NCBI GenBank assembly: GCA_963825055.1
Contig: CAWGSK010000020.1
Coordinates: 1 to 60,972 of the forward strand
Direction: 5' to 3'
Source of the DNA: an uncultured Gemmatimonadales bacterium
GTDB taxonomy: Bacteria; Gemmatimonadota; Gemmatimonadetes; Gemmatimonadales; GWC2-71-9
DNA: 60,972 nucleotides
Shown: piece after piece, positions 37,977 to 48,389 of the stretch
How the letters are laid out: each line of letters begins with the position of its first letter
How positions within the stretch are numbered: position 1 is the stretch's first letter
The notes under the pieces: generated by a model
Told to the model about the DNA's origin: nothing
The model's database searches: none
What the model saw: the letters and a program-made list of their open reading frames with translations, nothing else
Position numbers and translations under genes: made by a program

Positions 37977-40760
37977 ATGCCCGCCGACGCACGCCCGCGC
38001 CTTTTCCTCATAGACGGCTACGCCCTGATCTACCGGGCGTTCTTTGCGATGATCTCCCGTCCCCTCCGGACCTCCAAGGGCGAGAATACGTCCGCCGCCT
38101 GGGGCGTGGTCAACTTCCTGCTGCGACTGCGGGAGACCTACCACCCGCCGCTCGTCGCCTGGGTCAATGACGCCGGCGATTCGTTCCGGACCGAGCTGTA
38201 CGAGGAATACAAGTCCACCCGGGAGAAGCTGGACGAAGAACTCCAGGCTGACTTCGATCGCTCCCTGGTGCGGATCGACGAGCTGCTGGCCGCCTTCCAC
38301 GTCCCGGTGATCACGGTGGACGGGTATGAAGCGGATGATGTGATCGGGACGCTCGCGCGGCAGGCGGTGGAGCGCGGGATGGACCCCGTGATCGTCTCGG
38401 GGGACAAGGACTTCTACCAGTTGATCGACGCGCATACCTCCCTGCTCAACCCCGGCCGAGGGGGCCCGGCAGGCGTGGACGAGCAGTGGGTGGACGAGTC
38501 GAATGCCGCCGAACGGCTGGGTGTGCGTCCCGGGCAAGTGGTGGACTACCTCGCCCTGGTGGGCGATTCCTCGGACAACGTGCCTGGAGTCAAGGGGATC
38601 GGGGCCAAGGGAGCAGTGGCGCTGCTTGAGGAATTCGGAGACCTGGACACAGCGCTTGCGCGCGCGGACGAAGTCAGGGGAAAACGCCCGCGCGAGGCGC
38701 TCCTGACCCAGGGCGACAAGGCCCGGCTCTCCCGGACTCTCGTCACCATCCGGCGCGACGTTCCGTATGAACCGGACTTCGAGACGTTCCGCGAGGAGGA
38801 GCCGGACCGCGAGGCGCTCTCCCGCGTGCTGGCGGAACTCGAGTTCTATTCGCTCGCGAGCCGCCTCGGCCTTGCCGAGGCGGATATGGAGGGTGTCAAG
38901 GCAGAGGAGAGCTCCGCCCCCGCCCCGGCGCGCGTCACCGTCGTGGAGGACCCGGCGGAACTCCCCGCACTCGCCAGGCGCCTCCGGGAGGCGCCGGTCG
39001 TGTCGCTCGGCACGCTGGTGGATGGCGCCGAACCCCGTGGAGCTGCGCTGGTCGGCCTGGCCCTGGCCGCCGGGCCGGACGAAGCCTGGTACCTCCCGTT
39101 CGGTCACGGACGGCCGGCGGACCTGCTCGACGAGGGCCCACCGGTCCGGAACCTCCCCCCGCCGGGCGATCCCGCACTCGCCCCCATCGCCGCACTCCTC
39201 GAGGACCCGGACGTGGCCAAGGCCGGCCACGACATCAAGAAGGACTGGCAGGTGCTCCGTCATGCCGGCGTGGAGCTCCGCGGCGTCGCGTATGACTCGA
39301 TGCTGGCGAGTTTCGTGCTCGATCCAGGCCGACGCTCCCATGCCATCGAGACGCTCTGCCTCGAGCACCTCGGCCGGGCCCTCAAGGTCCGGACCGACCT
39401 GACGGGGAAAGGGAGGAACGAGGTTCCCTGTGCCGAGGTTCCGGTGGCTGACGCCGGGGCGTGGGCGGGCAGCACCGTCGCTGCGGTCCTGGCGCTGCGC
39501 GACTTGTTTGCCGCGCCGCTCGAGACCCAGGCACTGGCCCCTCTGCTCGAGAACATCGAGCTGCCGCTGGTGGAGGTACTGACGGACATGGAGTGGGCAG
39601 GTATCCGGATTGATCCCGTGCTGTTCGCCCGGCTCTCGCGGGAACTCGGGGAGGATCTTGCATCGCTGGAAGCGAAGATCACCGCCGCGGCCGGCGGGGA
39701 ATGCAACCTCAACTCGCCGAAACAGCTCGCCACCCTGCTCTTCGAGAAGCATCAGCTGCCGGTCCTCAAGAAGACGCGCACGGGGCCGAGCACTGACGCG
39801 GACGTGTTGGAGCAGCTCGCCGCCATGGGCCATGAAATCCCGGCACTCATTCTCCAGTATCGTGAGCTGCAGAAGCTGCGTTCGACTTACGTGGACGTGC
39901 TGCCGCTCAAGGTGAACCCCGAGACCGGGCGGATTCACACCGTGTTCAATCAGACCGGCGCGGCCACCGGCCGGCTCAGCAGCTCGGAACCGAACCTCCA
40001 GAACATCCCCGTCCGCACGGTGCGCGGGGAGGCCATCCGCCTCGGCTTTGTTCCGGACGACGGTGCCCGGTTCATCGTGGCTGACTACAGCCAGATCGAG
40101 TTGCGGCTGATCGCGCATCTCTCCGACGACGAGGCGTTCATCGAGGCGTTCCGGAGAGGGGGGGACATCCACCGGCAGACCGCCGCCGTGATCTTCGGCG
40201 TCATGGTGGAGGACGTGACATCGGAGATGCGCGCCAGGGCGAAGACGATCAATTTTGCCACCATCTACGGCCAGGGCCCTTTTGCCCTTGCGCGGCAGCT
40301 CGGTATTTCTCAGGATGAGGCGAAGGCGTTCATCGCCCGGTACTTTGAGCGCTTTGCCGGGGTGCGCGGCTATCTGGACCGTATGGTGGAGCTCGCCCGC
40401 AGGCAGGGATACGTCGAGACGATCTTCGGACGCCGGCGGTATATCCCCGAGATCAAGGACCGGAATTTCAACATTCGCGCCTTCGGCGAGCGCACGGCCA
40501 CCAATTCTCCCGTACAGGGCAGCGCCGCCGACCTGATCAAGATCGCGATGCGGAAAATTCACGACGCCCTGCGGGAAGGTGGGCTCCGCACCCGGATGCT
40601 GCTTCAGGTCCACGACGAACTGGTCTTCGAGGCCCCCGAGGACGAGGTCGATGCCGCTTCCGCCCTCGTCCTGGACCACATGCAGCACGCGGTAGAACTC
40701 AAGGTTCCGCTGGTGGTGGACGTCGGGACCGGGAAGAACTGGCTGGAAGCGAAACACTGA
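37977..40760 (+). CDS. polA: DNA polymerase I
   Basis: LIDG, EADD, GDSSDNVPGV, TGRLSS, ADYSQIELR, KTINF, QVHDEL. Confidence 0.98.
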   Translation: MPADARPRLFLIDGYALIYRAFFAMISRPLRTSKGENTSAAWGVVNFLLRLRETYHPPLVAWVNDAGDSFRTELYEEYKSTREKLDEELQADFDRSLVRIDELLAAFHVPVITVDGYEADDVIGTLARQAVERGMDPVIVSGDKDFYQLIDAHTSLLNPGRGGPAGVDEQWVDESNAAERLGVRPGQVVDYLALVGDSSDNVPGVKGIGAKGAVALLEEFGDLDTALARADEVRGKRPREALLTQGDKARLSRTLVTIRRDVPYEPDFETFREEEPDREALSRVLAELEFYSLASRLGLAEADMEGVKAEESSAPAPARVTVVEDPAELPALARRLREAPVVSLGTLVDGAEPRGAALVGLALAAGPDEAWYLPFGHGRPADLLDEGPPVRNLPPPGDPALAPIAALLEDPDVAKAGHDIKKDWQVLRHAGVELRGVAYDSMLASFVLDPGRRSHAIETLCLEHLGRALKVRTDLTGKGRNEVPCAEVPVADAGAWAGSTVAAVLALRDLFAAPLETQALAPLLENIELPLVEVLTDMEWAGIRIDPVLFARLSRELGEDLASLEAKITAAAGGECNLNSPKQLATLLFEKHQLPVLKKTRTGPSTDADVLEQLAAMGHEIPALILQYRELQKLRSTYVDVLPLKVNPETGRIHTVFNQTGAATGRLSSSEPNLQNIPVRTVRGEAIRLGFVPDDGARFIVADYSQIELRLIAHLSDDEAFIEAFRRGGDIHRQTAAVIFGVMVEDVTSEMRARAKTINFATIYGQGPFALARQLGISQDEAKAFIARYFERFAGVRGYLDRMVELARRQGYVETIFGRRRYIPEIKDRNFNIRAFGERTATNSPVQGSAADLIKIAMRKIHDALREGGLRTRMLLQVHDELVFEAPEDEVDAASALVLDHMQHAVELKVPLVVDVGTGKNWLEAKH

Positions 40761-40762
40761 AG

Positions 40763-40852
40763 AGACAAGACGGACAAGACGGACAAGTCGGTCAGGACGG
40801 ACGACCGTCCTGTCCGCCTCGACCGCCCTGACCGCCCTGACCGCCCTGACCT
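40763..40852. repeat. Inverted 9-mer arrays (GGACAAGAC / CTGACCGCC)
   Basis: gacaagacg x3 ... ctgtccgcc tcgaccgcc ctgaccgcc ctgaccgcc. Confidence 0.8.
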
Positions 40853-40867
40853 TCCAAGGATCGCCTC

Positions 40868-41254
40868 ATGACCCGCCCCTCCCGTCACGCCGGCTTCACC
40901 TTCATCGAAGTTCTGGTCGTGATGATCGTGCTTGCGATCCTCGTGGTGATCGTGGTGCCTCGGTACCGCCAGCAGAAGCAGAAGGCCGTGACGGCGAGCA
41001 TGCAGTCGGATCTTCGGAACCTGGCCGGATCGGAGGAGGAGTACTACAACATCAACAACATTTACACCCAGAACATGGCCGTCCTGAACGTGCAGTTGTC
41101 GGCGGGGAACGTGCTGGTCGTGAACGAGGCCACGAAGGTCGGCTGGTCTGCGACGGTGTCCAACCCGACGTCGGCAGTCCAGTGTTACCTCTGGCACGGC
41201 AATGCGACGCCAGTCGGCAGTGCGGCCCAGGAAGGCGTGATCAGCTGCAGTTGA
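40868..41254 (+). CDS. Type IV pilin-like protein
   Basis: Class III signal GFTFIEVLVV; C-terminal Cys pair. Confidence 0.9.
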   Translation: MTRPSRHAGFTFIEVLVVMIVLAILVVIVVPRYRQQKQKAVTASMQSDLRNLAGSEEEYYNINNIYTQNMAVLNVQLSAGNVLVVNEATKVGWSATVSNPTSAVQCYLWHGNATPVGSAAQEGVISCS

Positions 41255-41257
41255 GGG

Positions 41258-43519
41258 TCAGGCGGTCGGAGGACGCCTCCGGTACCCCGGCCACCAGTTC
41301 CACTCGCCCGCCAGGTGCATGAAGGCAGGCACCAGCACCATCCGGATGAGCGTGGCATCGAGCAGGACGGCCACCGCCAGGCCGAAGCCGAGGAACTGCA
41401 TCGCCAGGACGCGGGCAAACGCGAAGACGCCGAAGACCATGATCATGATCAGCGCGGCCGAGGTAATCACCGAGGCCGTTGCGCTGAGGCCCTCCATGGT
41501 CGCCTGGTCGTTCTTCCCGGTCTTGTCGAACGCCTCCTTGATCCGGGTCAGCAGGAAGACTTCGTAGTCCATGCTCAGCCCGAAGACGACTGCGAAGACC
41601 AGCACCGGAATGACTACGTAGATCGCGGATGTGGGGCCGTCGAGCCCGAACAGGGCGCTGCCCAGGCCATACTGGAACACCAGCACGATCAACCCGAATG
41701 TGGCGCTCACCGCGAGCGTGTTCATGATGACGGCCTTGACCGGCACCAGGAACGAGCGGAAGGCGATCGCGAGCATGATTCCGGTCGTGAGCAGGATCAG
41801 CAGGACCATGAGCGGGAAACGGTCCAGCAGGTCCCGCTGCAGGTCCACGTTGCTGGCGGCGTACCCACCCACCTGAATCGTGGCATCGGCGAGCGCCGGC
41901 ACGGTGCTGTCCGACACCAGCCGCCGTGTGTCGCGCACCAGGTCCATCGTCGTAGTGAGGGACGTGGTGTCGGCCGGAATGACGTCCAGGAGGGCTATCC
42001 GCCCGTCCCCGCTCAGGTACGCGTCCACGAATCCAGGATACTCCGCCCGGGCGGCATTGAGGTCGCTGTAGAGCACGGAATAGGTAAAGATCGAGGCGCC
42101 GGCGCGCAGGTCCACGATGCTCCGGACGCTGGCGACCCTGGGATCGGCCTGGAGAGAATCGGAGAGCGCGCGAAGGCCCCGCAGGCGCCGCGCCGACGCC
42201 ACCCGCTCGCCCTCCGGCACCTCGATCAGCACCCGCACCGGCTGGATCATGCCGGCGGCACCCATCCGGGAGAGCGTTTCGACACCGGCCCCTGCCTCAG
42301 TGCCCGCAGGCCACCAGTTGTGTGCCGGCAGTCCGATACGAATCCAGAAGAGAGGCAGCGTGAGGATGGCGATGGCCGTCCCGCCCAGCAGGAGGGCCCG
42401 GCGGGGGTGGCGGTGAAGACTCCGCGCCCACTTCTCCCAGATGCGCGGGCTGTGGTACCAGGCCAGCCGGCGGGAGAGCCAGCGTGGCCGGTCGATCTCC
42501 CTGCCGAGGACTGCCAGGACGGGCGGCAGGAAGGTCGTCGAGAGCGCCACGGCCAGGAACACCACCACCAGGCCCCCCACCCCGACGCTCCTGGTCTCGA
42601 TCAGGGGGGTCGCGAGCAGGGCGGCAAAGCCGACCATGACCGTGAGGCCCGAGGTGAAGACCGCCTTGCCGGCTGTCAGCAGGGTGCGGATCGCCGCATC
42701 CCGCCGCGACAGTCCCCGGTTCAGTTCCTCCCGGAACCGGGTCACGATGAGGAGGGAATAGTCGATCCCGACTCCCAGGCCGATCATGCTCGTCATATTC
42801 AGCACGAAGACCGACATGGGCGTGAATTTTGCAAGAATCGAGATGACGGCCAGGGTACAGGTGATGGCGAAAAACCCGACGATTACCGGGAGCGTCGCGG
42901 CCACCATGGCCCCGAATGCAAGAACCAGCACGACCAGGGCGAGGGGGAATGACCACAACTCGCCCCGGACACTGTCCTCGGCGCTGACCGCCCGGACGTC
43001 CAGATCAAGGGCCGCCCGGCCGGTCACCAGCATGTCATAACGTCGGTATAGCGGCGCTTCGGCCAGCCGCCGGCGCAGGACGCGCCGGGTGGGACTTACC
43101 AGCCCGCCGACGCTGTCGGGGCCCGGAGCCCGGATGGCGAGAACGAAAAAAGTGGCCCGGCCGTCATCGCTGATGAAGGTGGAATCGCCGGTGGACGGGA
43201 AGGAGATCACCCCGCTCACCCAGGGAAGGGCTGCAGCGGTCGCCAGCAGGCTGTCCAGCACGGCACCGGCCGCCGGTTCATTGAACGGGGTCGGGGATTC
43301 CAGCGTTACCGCGAAGAACTCGCCCAGGGGGGCGACGAAACGCTCGCTCAGGAGGGCATCGGCGGCAGAAGCCTCGGTAGGACGCTTGGTGCCGCCACGA
43401 ATGTCGAGCGCTTCCTTCGCATGCGGCGCGAGGCGTGCCGCGAAGAAACCGACGATGACCCAGAGCGTAATGACGGCCCAGCGCCAGCGCACCAGCAGGC
43501 GCGCCAGGAATCTGCTCAC
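41258..43519 (-). CDS. MMPL/RND family transporter
   Basis: GLGVGIDYSLLIVTRFREE, FGLSMDYEVFL, DATLIRMVLVPA. Confidence 0.93.
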   Translation of the reverse strand: MSRFLARLLVRWRWAVITLWVIVGFFAARLAPHAKEALDIRGGTKRPTEASAADALLSERFVAPLGEFFAVTLESPTPFNEPAAGAVLDSLLATAAALPWVSGVISFPSTGDSTFISDDGRATFFVLAIRAPGPDSVGGLVSPTRRVLRRRLAEAPLYRRYDMLVTGRAALDLDVRAVSAEDSVRGELWSFPLALVVLVLAFGAMVAATLPVIVGFFAITCTLAVISILAKFTPMSVFVLNMTSMIGLGVGIDYSLLIVTRFREELNRGLSRRDAAIRTLLTAGKAVFTSGLTVMVGFAALLATPLIETRSVGVGGLVVVFLAVALSTTFLPPVLAVLGREIDRPRWLSRRLAWYHSPRIWEKWARSLHRHPRRALLLGGTAIAILTLPLFWIRIGLPAHNWWPAGTEAGAGVETLSRMGAAGMIQPVRVLIEVPEGERVASARRLRGLRALSDSLQADPRVASVRSIVDLRAGASIFTYSVLYSDLNAARAEYPGFVDAYLSGDGRIALLDVIPADTTSLTTTMDLVRDTRRLVSDSTVPALADATIQVGGYAASNVDLQRDLLDRFPLMVLLILLTTGIMLAIAFRSFLVPVKAVIMNTLAVSATFGLIVLVFQYGLGSALFGLDGPTSAIYVVIPVLVFAVVFGLSMDYEVFLLTRIKEAFDKTGKNDQATMEGLSATASVITSAALIMIMVFGVFAFARVLAMQFLGFGLAVAVLLDATLIRMVLVPAFMHLAGEWNWWPGYRRRPPTA

Positions 43520-43641
43520 GATACCGAATCTCCGATGGAACGGCGCCCCGGGACGACCCCCGAGGCCGCGCCAATCTTAGAGGGACGGGCAGGCCGACGC
43601 CACCCGAACCCGTGCCACACCGGGATGGAGACCTCACGATC

Positions 43642-44388
43642 ATGACCCGACGCCTTGCCTCCCTGGTCGCGCTCCTCGGCCTTACCGTCGCAGCGGGCTG
43701 GATGCTGCGCGACGGCCCCGGCGAGCCCGGCCCGCACCCGGGCGAGCTGTTCGTGACCGAGCGGGCGCCGGGGGCTCCGGCGGATGATGACGCGCGCCTG
43801 ATCGAGGCACGGCGTGAGGTGGTCCGTCGCCGGCTCCGAGAGAGCGGGGCGGCGACGTACCTGGACAGCCTTCTGGTGTCGACCGACTCCACCCTGCGCC
43901 GCTGGCCCGATCCGGTCTCCCGCTCCCTCCGGGTTGCGATCATCGAGGGAGGGCCCGACGGCTACACCCCGCATTTCGCCGACCTGCTGCGGGAAGCCCT
44001 CGGCCGGTGGGACTACCCCGGCAGCATGCCGCGTCTCCTGCTCGCTGCCGACACGGCGGGGGCGGAAATCGTGGTGCGCTGGATTGACCGGTTTCCCAAC
44101 GAACGCACCGGCCAGACCGACCTGACCTGGAACCAGCTCGGCCGGATCAACCGTGCCGTGGTTACTCTCGCCGTCCGCGACCGCTACGGCACGCCGCTCA
44201 CCGACCGCGCACTCCTGAGCGTTGCCGTGCATGAGGTCGGGCACGCCCTGGGGCTGCCGCACTCGGCTGACCCGGCCGACGTCATGTATCCCGAGCCCCG
44301 CACCACCCAGCCCAGCGCGCGCGATGCGGCGACGGCCAGCCTGCTCTACCAGCTGCCAGGTGGCTCGGTGAAGGACATCGCGCCGTGA
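43642..44388 (+). CDS. Matrixin (M10) family metalloprotease
   Basis: HEVGHALGLPHS and Met-turn VMYP. Confidence 0.9.
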   Translation: MTRRLASLVALLGLTVAAGWMLRDGPGEPGPHPGELFVTERAPGAPADDDARLIEARREVVRRRLRESGAATYLDSLLVSTDSTLRRWPDPVSRSLRVAIIEGGPDGYTPHFADLLREALGRWDYPGSMPRLLLAADTAGAEIVVRWIDRFPNERTGQTDLTWNQLGRINRAVVTLAVRDRYGTPLTDRALLSVAVHEVGHALGLPHSADPADVMYPEPRTTQPSARDAATASLLYQLPGGSVKDIAP

Positions 44389-45515
44389 AGCGCCGGCCGC
44401 TGGTGGTCCTGATGCTGGCATGCCTGGCCGCGCCCGTCGCCGCGCAGCAGTTCGCGGCGGTCGACTCGATCGTCCTGCGCGGGATCCGCCGGGGAGTCTA
44501 TCCCGGAGCTGTCGTGGTCATCGGGAACCGGGACGGGATTATCCGCGCGCGTGGGTACGGCCATCTTACCTGGTCCGCCCGTTCGCCGAGACCATCCCCG
44601 GACTCGACCCTGTTCGACCTCGCCTCGCTCACCAAAGTGGTGGCGACCACCGGGGCGGCAATGCGCCTGGTCGAGCGTGGCACACTCGAGCTCGACGCGC
44701 CGGTCATGCGCTACCTGCCGCAGTACCATGGCGACGGCCGCGAGCGCATCACCATCCGGATGCTGCTCGAACACACGAGCGGACTGCGGCCGTTCCTGCC
44801 TTTCTATCGCGCGCCGGACCGTGACGGCGCTGTGGCGCTGCTCTACGCCGAAAGGCCGAGCCGCGCACCGGGTCAGACGGTCGAGTACAGCGACCTGAAC
44901 GCGATCCTGCTTGGCCTGGTGGTGGAGCAGGTGAGTGGAGAGCCGCTCGACCGGTTCGTGAAGCAGGAGGTCTTTGCACCGCTCGGTATGGACCTGACCG
45001 GCTACCATCCGACGGGACGGCAGGCACGGCTCGCGGCGCCATCAGTGATCCATCGCGGCCAGCCGGTGCCCGGCAAGGCAAGCGACCCGAACGTGGAACG
45101 CTTCGGGGGCGTGGCCGGGCATGCCGGGCTCTTTTCCACCGGCGCAGACCTCGCGCGCTACGCGGAAACCTGGCTCAGGCGCGGTATTTCACCCGACGGT
45201 GCCACCTTCGTACAACCGGAAACGGTGGCCGACTTCCTGACTCCCGGTGAGATGCCGGGAGGACGTCCCCTGGGCTGGGACCGGCCGGATCGGTCGGCAG
45301 ATGACCCCGGCACGTTCGGACTGCTCGTAAGCGAGACGACCTACGGGCACACAGGGTGGACGGGCACGCAGCTCTGGATCGACCCCGCGCGCGGGCTGTA
45401 TGTGGTGTTCCTGACGAACCGGAGCTTCGAGCCCCGCAGCCGGCGCTCGATGGCCGCGCTCAAGGATGTCCGGGCCGAGCTCGCGGATACCATCGTGCGG
45501 TCGGTCGGCATGTAG
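44385..45515 (+). CDS. Serine hydrolase (beta-lactamase class C-like)
   Basis: FDLASLTK, YSD, GHAGLFS, HTG; signal peptide. Confidence 0.92.
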   Translation: MKRRPLVVLMLACLAAPVAAQQFAAVDSIVLRGIRRGVYPGAVVVIGNRDGIIRARGYGHLTWSARSPRPSPDSTLFDLASLTKVVATTGAAMRLVERGTLELDAPVMRYLPQYHGDGRERITIRMLLEHTSGLRPFLPFYRAPDRDGAVALLYAERPSRAPGQTVEYSDLNAILLGLVVEQVSGEPLDRFVKQEVFAPLGMDLTGYHPTGRQARLAAPSVIHRGQPVPGKASDPNVERFGGVAGHAGLFSTGADLARYAETWLRRGISPDGATFVQPETVADFLTPGEMPGGRPLGWDRPDRSADDPGTFGLLVSETTYGHTGWTGTQLWIDPARGLYVVFLTNRSFEPRSRRSMAALKDVRAELADTIVRSVGM

Positions 45516-45590
45516 AGCAGCTCCACCACAAAGGGCACAAAGGACGCGAAGACTCGTTCCGGCCCGTTGCGAGGGATGCACCTTGAACAG

Positions 45591-45616
45591 AAAAGCCTCA
45601 CCGATGTGAGGCTTTT
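45591..45616. terminator. Bidirectional intrinsic terminator nested inside inverted 9-mer repeats (45522-45646)
   Basis: AAAAGCCTCA-CCGATG-TGAGGCTTTT between convergent genes. Confidence 0.8.
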
Positions 45617-45654
45617 GCTTTGTGTTCTTCGTGTGCTTTGTGGTGAGGCGGTTT

Positions 45655-45972
45655 TCAGGCCCCCAGAAACGCCCGGATCCGCGGGTCGATCCGATCCGGG
45701 GTCCAGTAGGGCTCCCAGACGATCTCGACTTCCACCGCGGTCACCCCTTCGAGGTCCTTGATGGTGCGGTCCACGTCGCCGACGATCTCAGGGCCGGCAG
45801 GGCAGCCGGGCGACGTGAGGGTCATGTACACATGCACGGCCCCCTCGTCGGAGACCTTGATCTCGTAGACCAGGCCCAGGTCCACGATGTTCAGGTTGAG
45901 TTCCGGGTCCTTCACAGCGCGGAGCGCTTTGCGGACCTGGTCGGGGCTTGGGACCAGCGTTTTGTCTTCCAT
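45655..45972 (-). CDS. DUF59/SufT-like Fe-S assembly factor
   Basis: DPELNLNIVDLGLVY, TLTSPGCP, WEPYW. Confidence 0.9.
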   Translation of the reverse strand: MEDKTLVPSPDQVRKALRAVKDPELNLNIVDLGLVYEIKVSDEGAVHVYMTLTSPGCPAGPEIVGDVDRTIKDLEGVTAVEVEIVWEPYWTPDRIDPRIRAFLGA

Positions 45973-46046
45973 ACAACCTCCTGCCCCAATATACGGCGTG
46001 AACGGTAAAAGGTGAACGGTGAACGGTTTACCTTCTCGATCCCGAC

Positions 46047-47204
46047 TTATCCTTCCTTCTCCATCAGCTCCACCACCTCCGCCCCGAGCGCCTCCGCCTG
46101 CCAGCGGGTGAGCTCGGGGATGACTTCCAGTTCCTCGAGCGTCTTCGGGCGGGCCTTGGCGACGGCTTCCAGGGTGCCGTTGGGGCAGAGCACCCCGGGG
46201 GCCAGTTCGAGGCGCTGCGCAGCCTTGTTTCGCAGGGTCTTGAGCTTATCCAGGCGTGACAGGAAGGCGGGGTCGGGTGCCTTTCTCCGGGGGCGTTCCT
46301 GCCTCGGGAAGTCGGACTCGGCGACGGCGAGGCCTTTCTCGATGGCGGCAAGGATGTCCTTGCCCCGTCGCGACACCATGTCCGGACTGATCCCGCGAAT
46401 ATTCTGCAGCGCCTCGGGCGTGCGCGGCTGCTCCTTTGCCAGGACCACGAGCGCCTCGTTGTGCATGATCCGGAACGGCGCCCGGTCCGCGCGCCGCGCA
46501 ACCCGCTCGCGCCACTGGAAGAGTTCCCGCAGCACGGCCAGGGGCCTGCCCTTCAGCACCTTGGCGCCCTTGAGCCGCCAGAAGCGGTCCGGATCGGCGG
46601 CTGGACGTGTCCAGCGGATATCCTCCAGGGCCTTGAATTCCTCCTCGGCCCAGGAGAGCCGTCCGCGCTCCCGCAGCTGTTCGCGCAGGATGTCACGCAC
46701 CTGGTGCAGGTGACGGGTATCCGTCGCTGCGTAGTCCAGCATCTCGGGCGAGAGTGGACGGGCCGACCAGTCGGCGCGCTGGTAGCGTTTGTCCGGCTTC
46801 ACGCCGACGTACTTCTCGAGCAGCGCCGCGAGGCCGATACCCGGCTCGTTCAGGAGTTGAGCGGCGATGCGGGTATCGAAGATGTTGCTGACCCGGAACT
46901 GGTAGTCCCGGTCGAGCAGGCGGAGGTCGTAGTCGGCATCGTGGAAGATCACCTCGACAGCCGGGTCGGCCAGGAGCTTCCCGAGTCCAGCCAGGTCCTG
47001 AACCTCCAGCGGGTCGATCACGGCCGTGGTCTCCGGGGTACTCAACTGCAGGAGATAGATCCGGTCCTTGTATCGATGGAAGCTTGCCGCCTCGGTGTCG
47101 AGAGCGATCGAGGGCGATTTCCGCGCGGCGTTCACAAGCTTGCCGAACTCGGTATCGCTCTCGATGTAGAGCGGGGTTTCGGGGGCCTTCGGGGTGGGAT
47201 TCAC
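46047..47204 (-). CDS. rnd: Ribonuclease D (3'-5' exonuclease with HRDC domains)
   Basis: ALDTE, LLQL, HDADYD, DTRIAA, DWSARPL, YAATD. Confidence 0.92.
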   Translation of the reverse strand: MNPTPKAPETPLYIESDTEFGKLVNAARKSPSIALDTEAASFHRYKDRIYLLQLSTPETTAVIDPLEVQDLAGLGKLLADPAVEVIFHDADYDLRLLDRDYQFRVSNIFDTRIAAQLLNEPGIGLAALLEKYVGVKPDKRYQRADWSARPLSPEMLDYAATDTRHLHQVRDILREQLRERGRLSWAEEEFKALEDIRWTRPAADPDRFWRLKGAKVLKGRPLAVLRELFQWRERVARRADRAPFRIMHNEALVVLAKEQPRTPEALQNIRGISPDMVSRRGKDILAAIEKGLAVAESDFPRQERPRRKAPDPAFLSRLDKLKTLRNKAAQRLELAPGVLCPNGTLEAVAKARPKTLEELEVIPELTRWQAEALGAEVVELMEKEG

Positions 47205-47353
47205 GGCTGAAAAGTGGGCGGGAAGGGGGTTTAGGGGCAACTGTTGGTATGAAGTTGTGACAGTGAAAAGATGGTGTCGCGCTATAGTGTCATGAAGTCA
47301 GGAGGTCGGGAGAGCTCAGGATGGGACTCCACGTCTCCCGATCTCCCCATCCC

Positions 47354-47527
47354 CTACCCCTGCGGCTTCGCCACAAGCTCCAGCCCCGCAGCAATCTCCT
47401 CGAGCGCCTTTGCCAGCGTCTTGTAGAATTCAGCGTCGGGTGCCGGCGTGCCGCCCATGGCCGCATCCACCTGGATCTTCCGGGCGAGGCGGGCGGCGTG
47501 GCGGATGTAGTCAGTGGGTGGGCGCAT
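47354..47527 (-). CDS. Small hypothetical protein (57 aa), absent from the ORF track
   Basis: GGAGG SD; MRPPTDYIRHAARLARKIQVDAAMGGTPAPDAEFYKTLAKALEEIAAGLELVAKPQG; GC3-biased codons. Confidence 0.65.
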   Translation of the reverse strand: MRPPTDYIRHAARLARKIQVDAAMGGTPAPDAEFYKTLAKALEEIAAGLELVAKPQG

Positions 47528-47570
47528 GGTTCGTCCTCCGATTGGACATGAATGGGAAGGAGAAACCTAC

Positions 47571-48389
47571 ATGCTGAAGGAGATCAGGACGAACGGCACC
47601 ACGCTCTCCGTCTCCATCACGGGGGTCGGCGACCCGCTCCTCTGTATTCACGGGTATCCTCTGAACCGCCGGATCTGGGATCCGCTCACGGCCCTCGTCG
47701 GCTGGCAGGTCATCGCGCCGGACCTCCGCGGCTTCGGGCGCTCCCCTGCCCCGCCCGGTCTGGCGACCATGGCAGACTATGCCGCCGACCTGGCCGGTAT
47801 CCTCGACGAGCTCGGCATCGACCACGTCGTGCTGGCCGGCCTCTCCATGGGTGGGTATGTCGCATTCGAATGCCTGCGGCGCTGGCCGGGTCGAATCCGG
47901 GCTGTCGCCCTCCTCGCCACCCGCGCGGCCGCGGACAGTCCGGCCGCGAAGGAAAATCGGTTGCAGGCGCTGCGCCTGGTGGAGCAGGGAGGAGTGGAGG
48001 CGATTTCCGCGACGATGGTTCCGAAGCTGCTTTCGCCGGCCGCGACCCAACGGGACCCGGGGCTCGTGGAGCAAGTCCGGCGAATTACCATGAGCGCCTC
48101 CCCCACCGGCATCGCAGCCGCCCTCGAGGCGATGCGCGGACGGCCCGACAGCACCCGGCTCCTCAAGACGCTGACCGAGCCGGTTCTGGTCCTGGCCGGG
48201 GAGGAGGACCAGGTCATCCCGCTCGACGAGTCCCGCGCCATGGCGGAGGCGGCGCGAAAAGGAACTTTTGAAGTGATTCCGGGAGCAGGACACCTGGTTA
48301 CCCTCGAGGCGCCGGGCCACACTCACCGGGCAATGCAGGAGTGGCTGGACGGGAAGGTAGAAGGCCGAAAGTCGAAGGTCGAAGATTGA
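47571..48389 (+). CDS. Alpha/beta fold hydrolase
   Basis: AAGGAG SD; IHGYP, DLRGFG, GLSMGG, GEED, AGH. Confidence 0.92.
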   Translation: MLKEIRTNGTTLSVSITGVGDPLLCIHGYPLNRRIWDPLTALVGWQVIAPDLRGFGRSPAPPGLATMADYAADLAGILDELGIDHVVLAGLSMGGYVAFECLRRWPGRIRAVALLATRAAADSPAAKENRLQALRLVEQGGVEAISATMVPKLLSPAATQRDPGLVEQVRRITMSASPTGIAAALEAMRGRPDSTRLLKTLTEPVLVLAGEEDQVIPLDESRAMAEAARKGTFEVIPGAGHLVTLEAPGHTHRAMQEWLDGKVEGRKSKVED

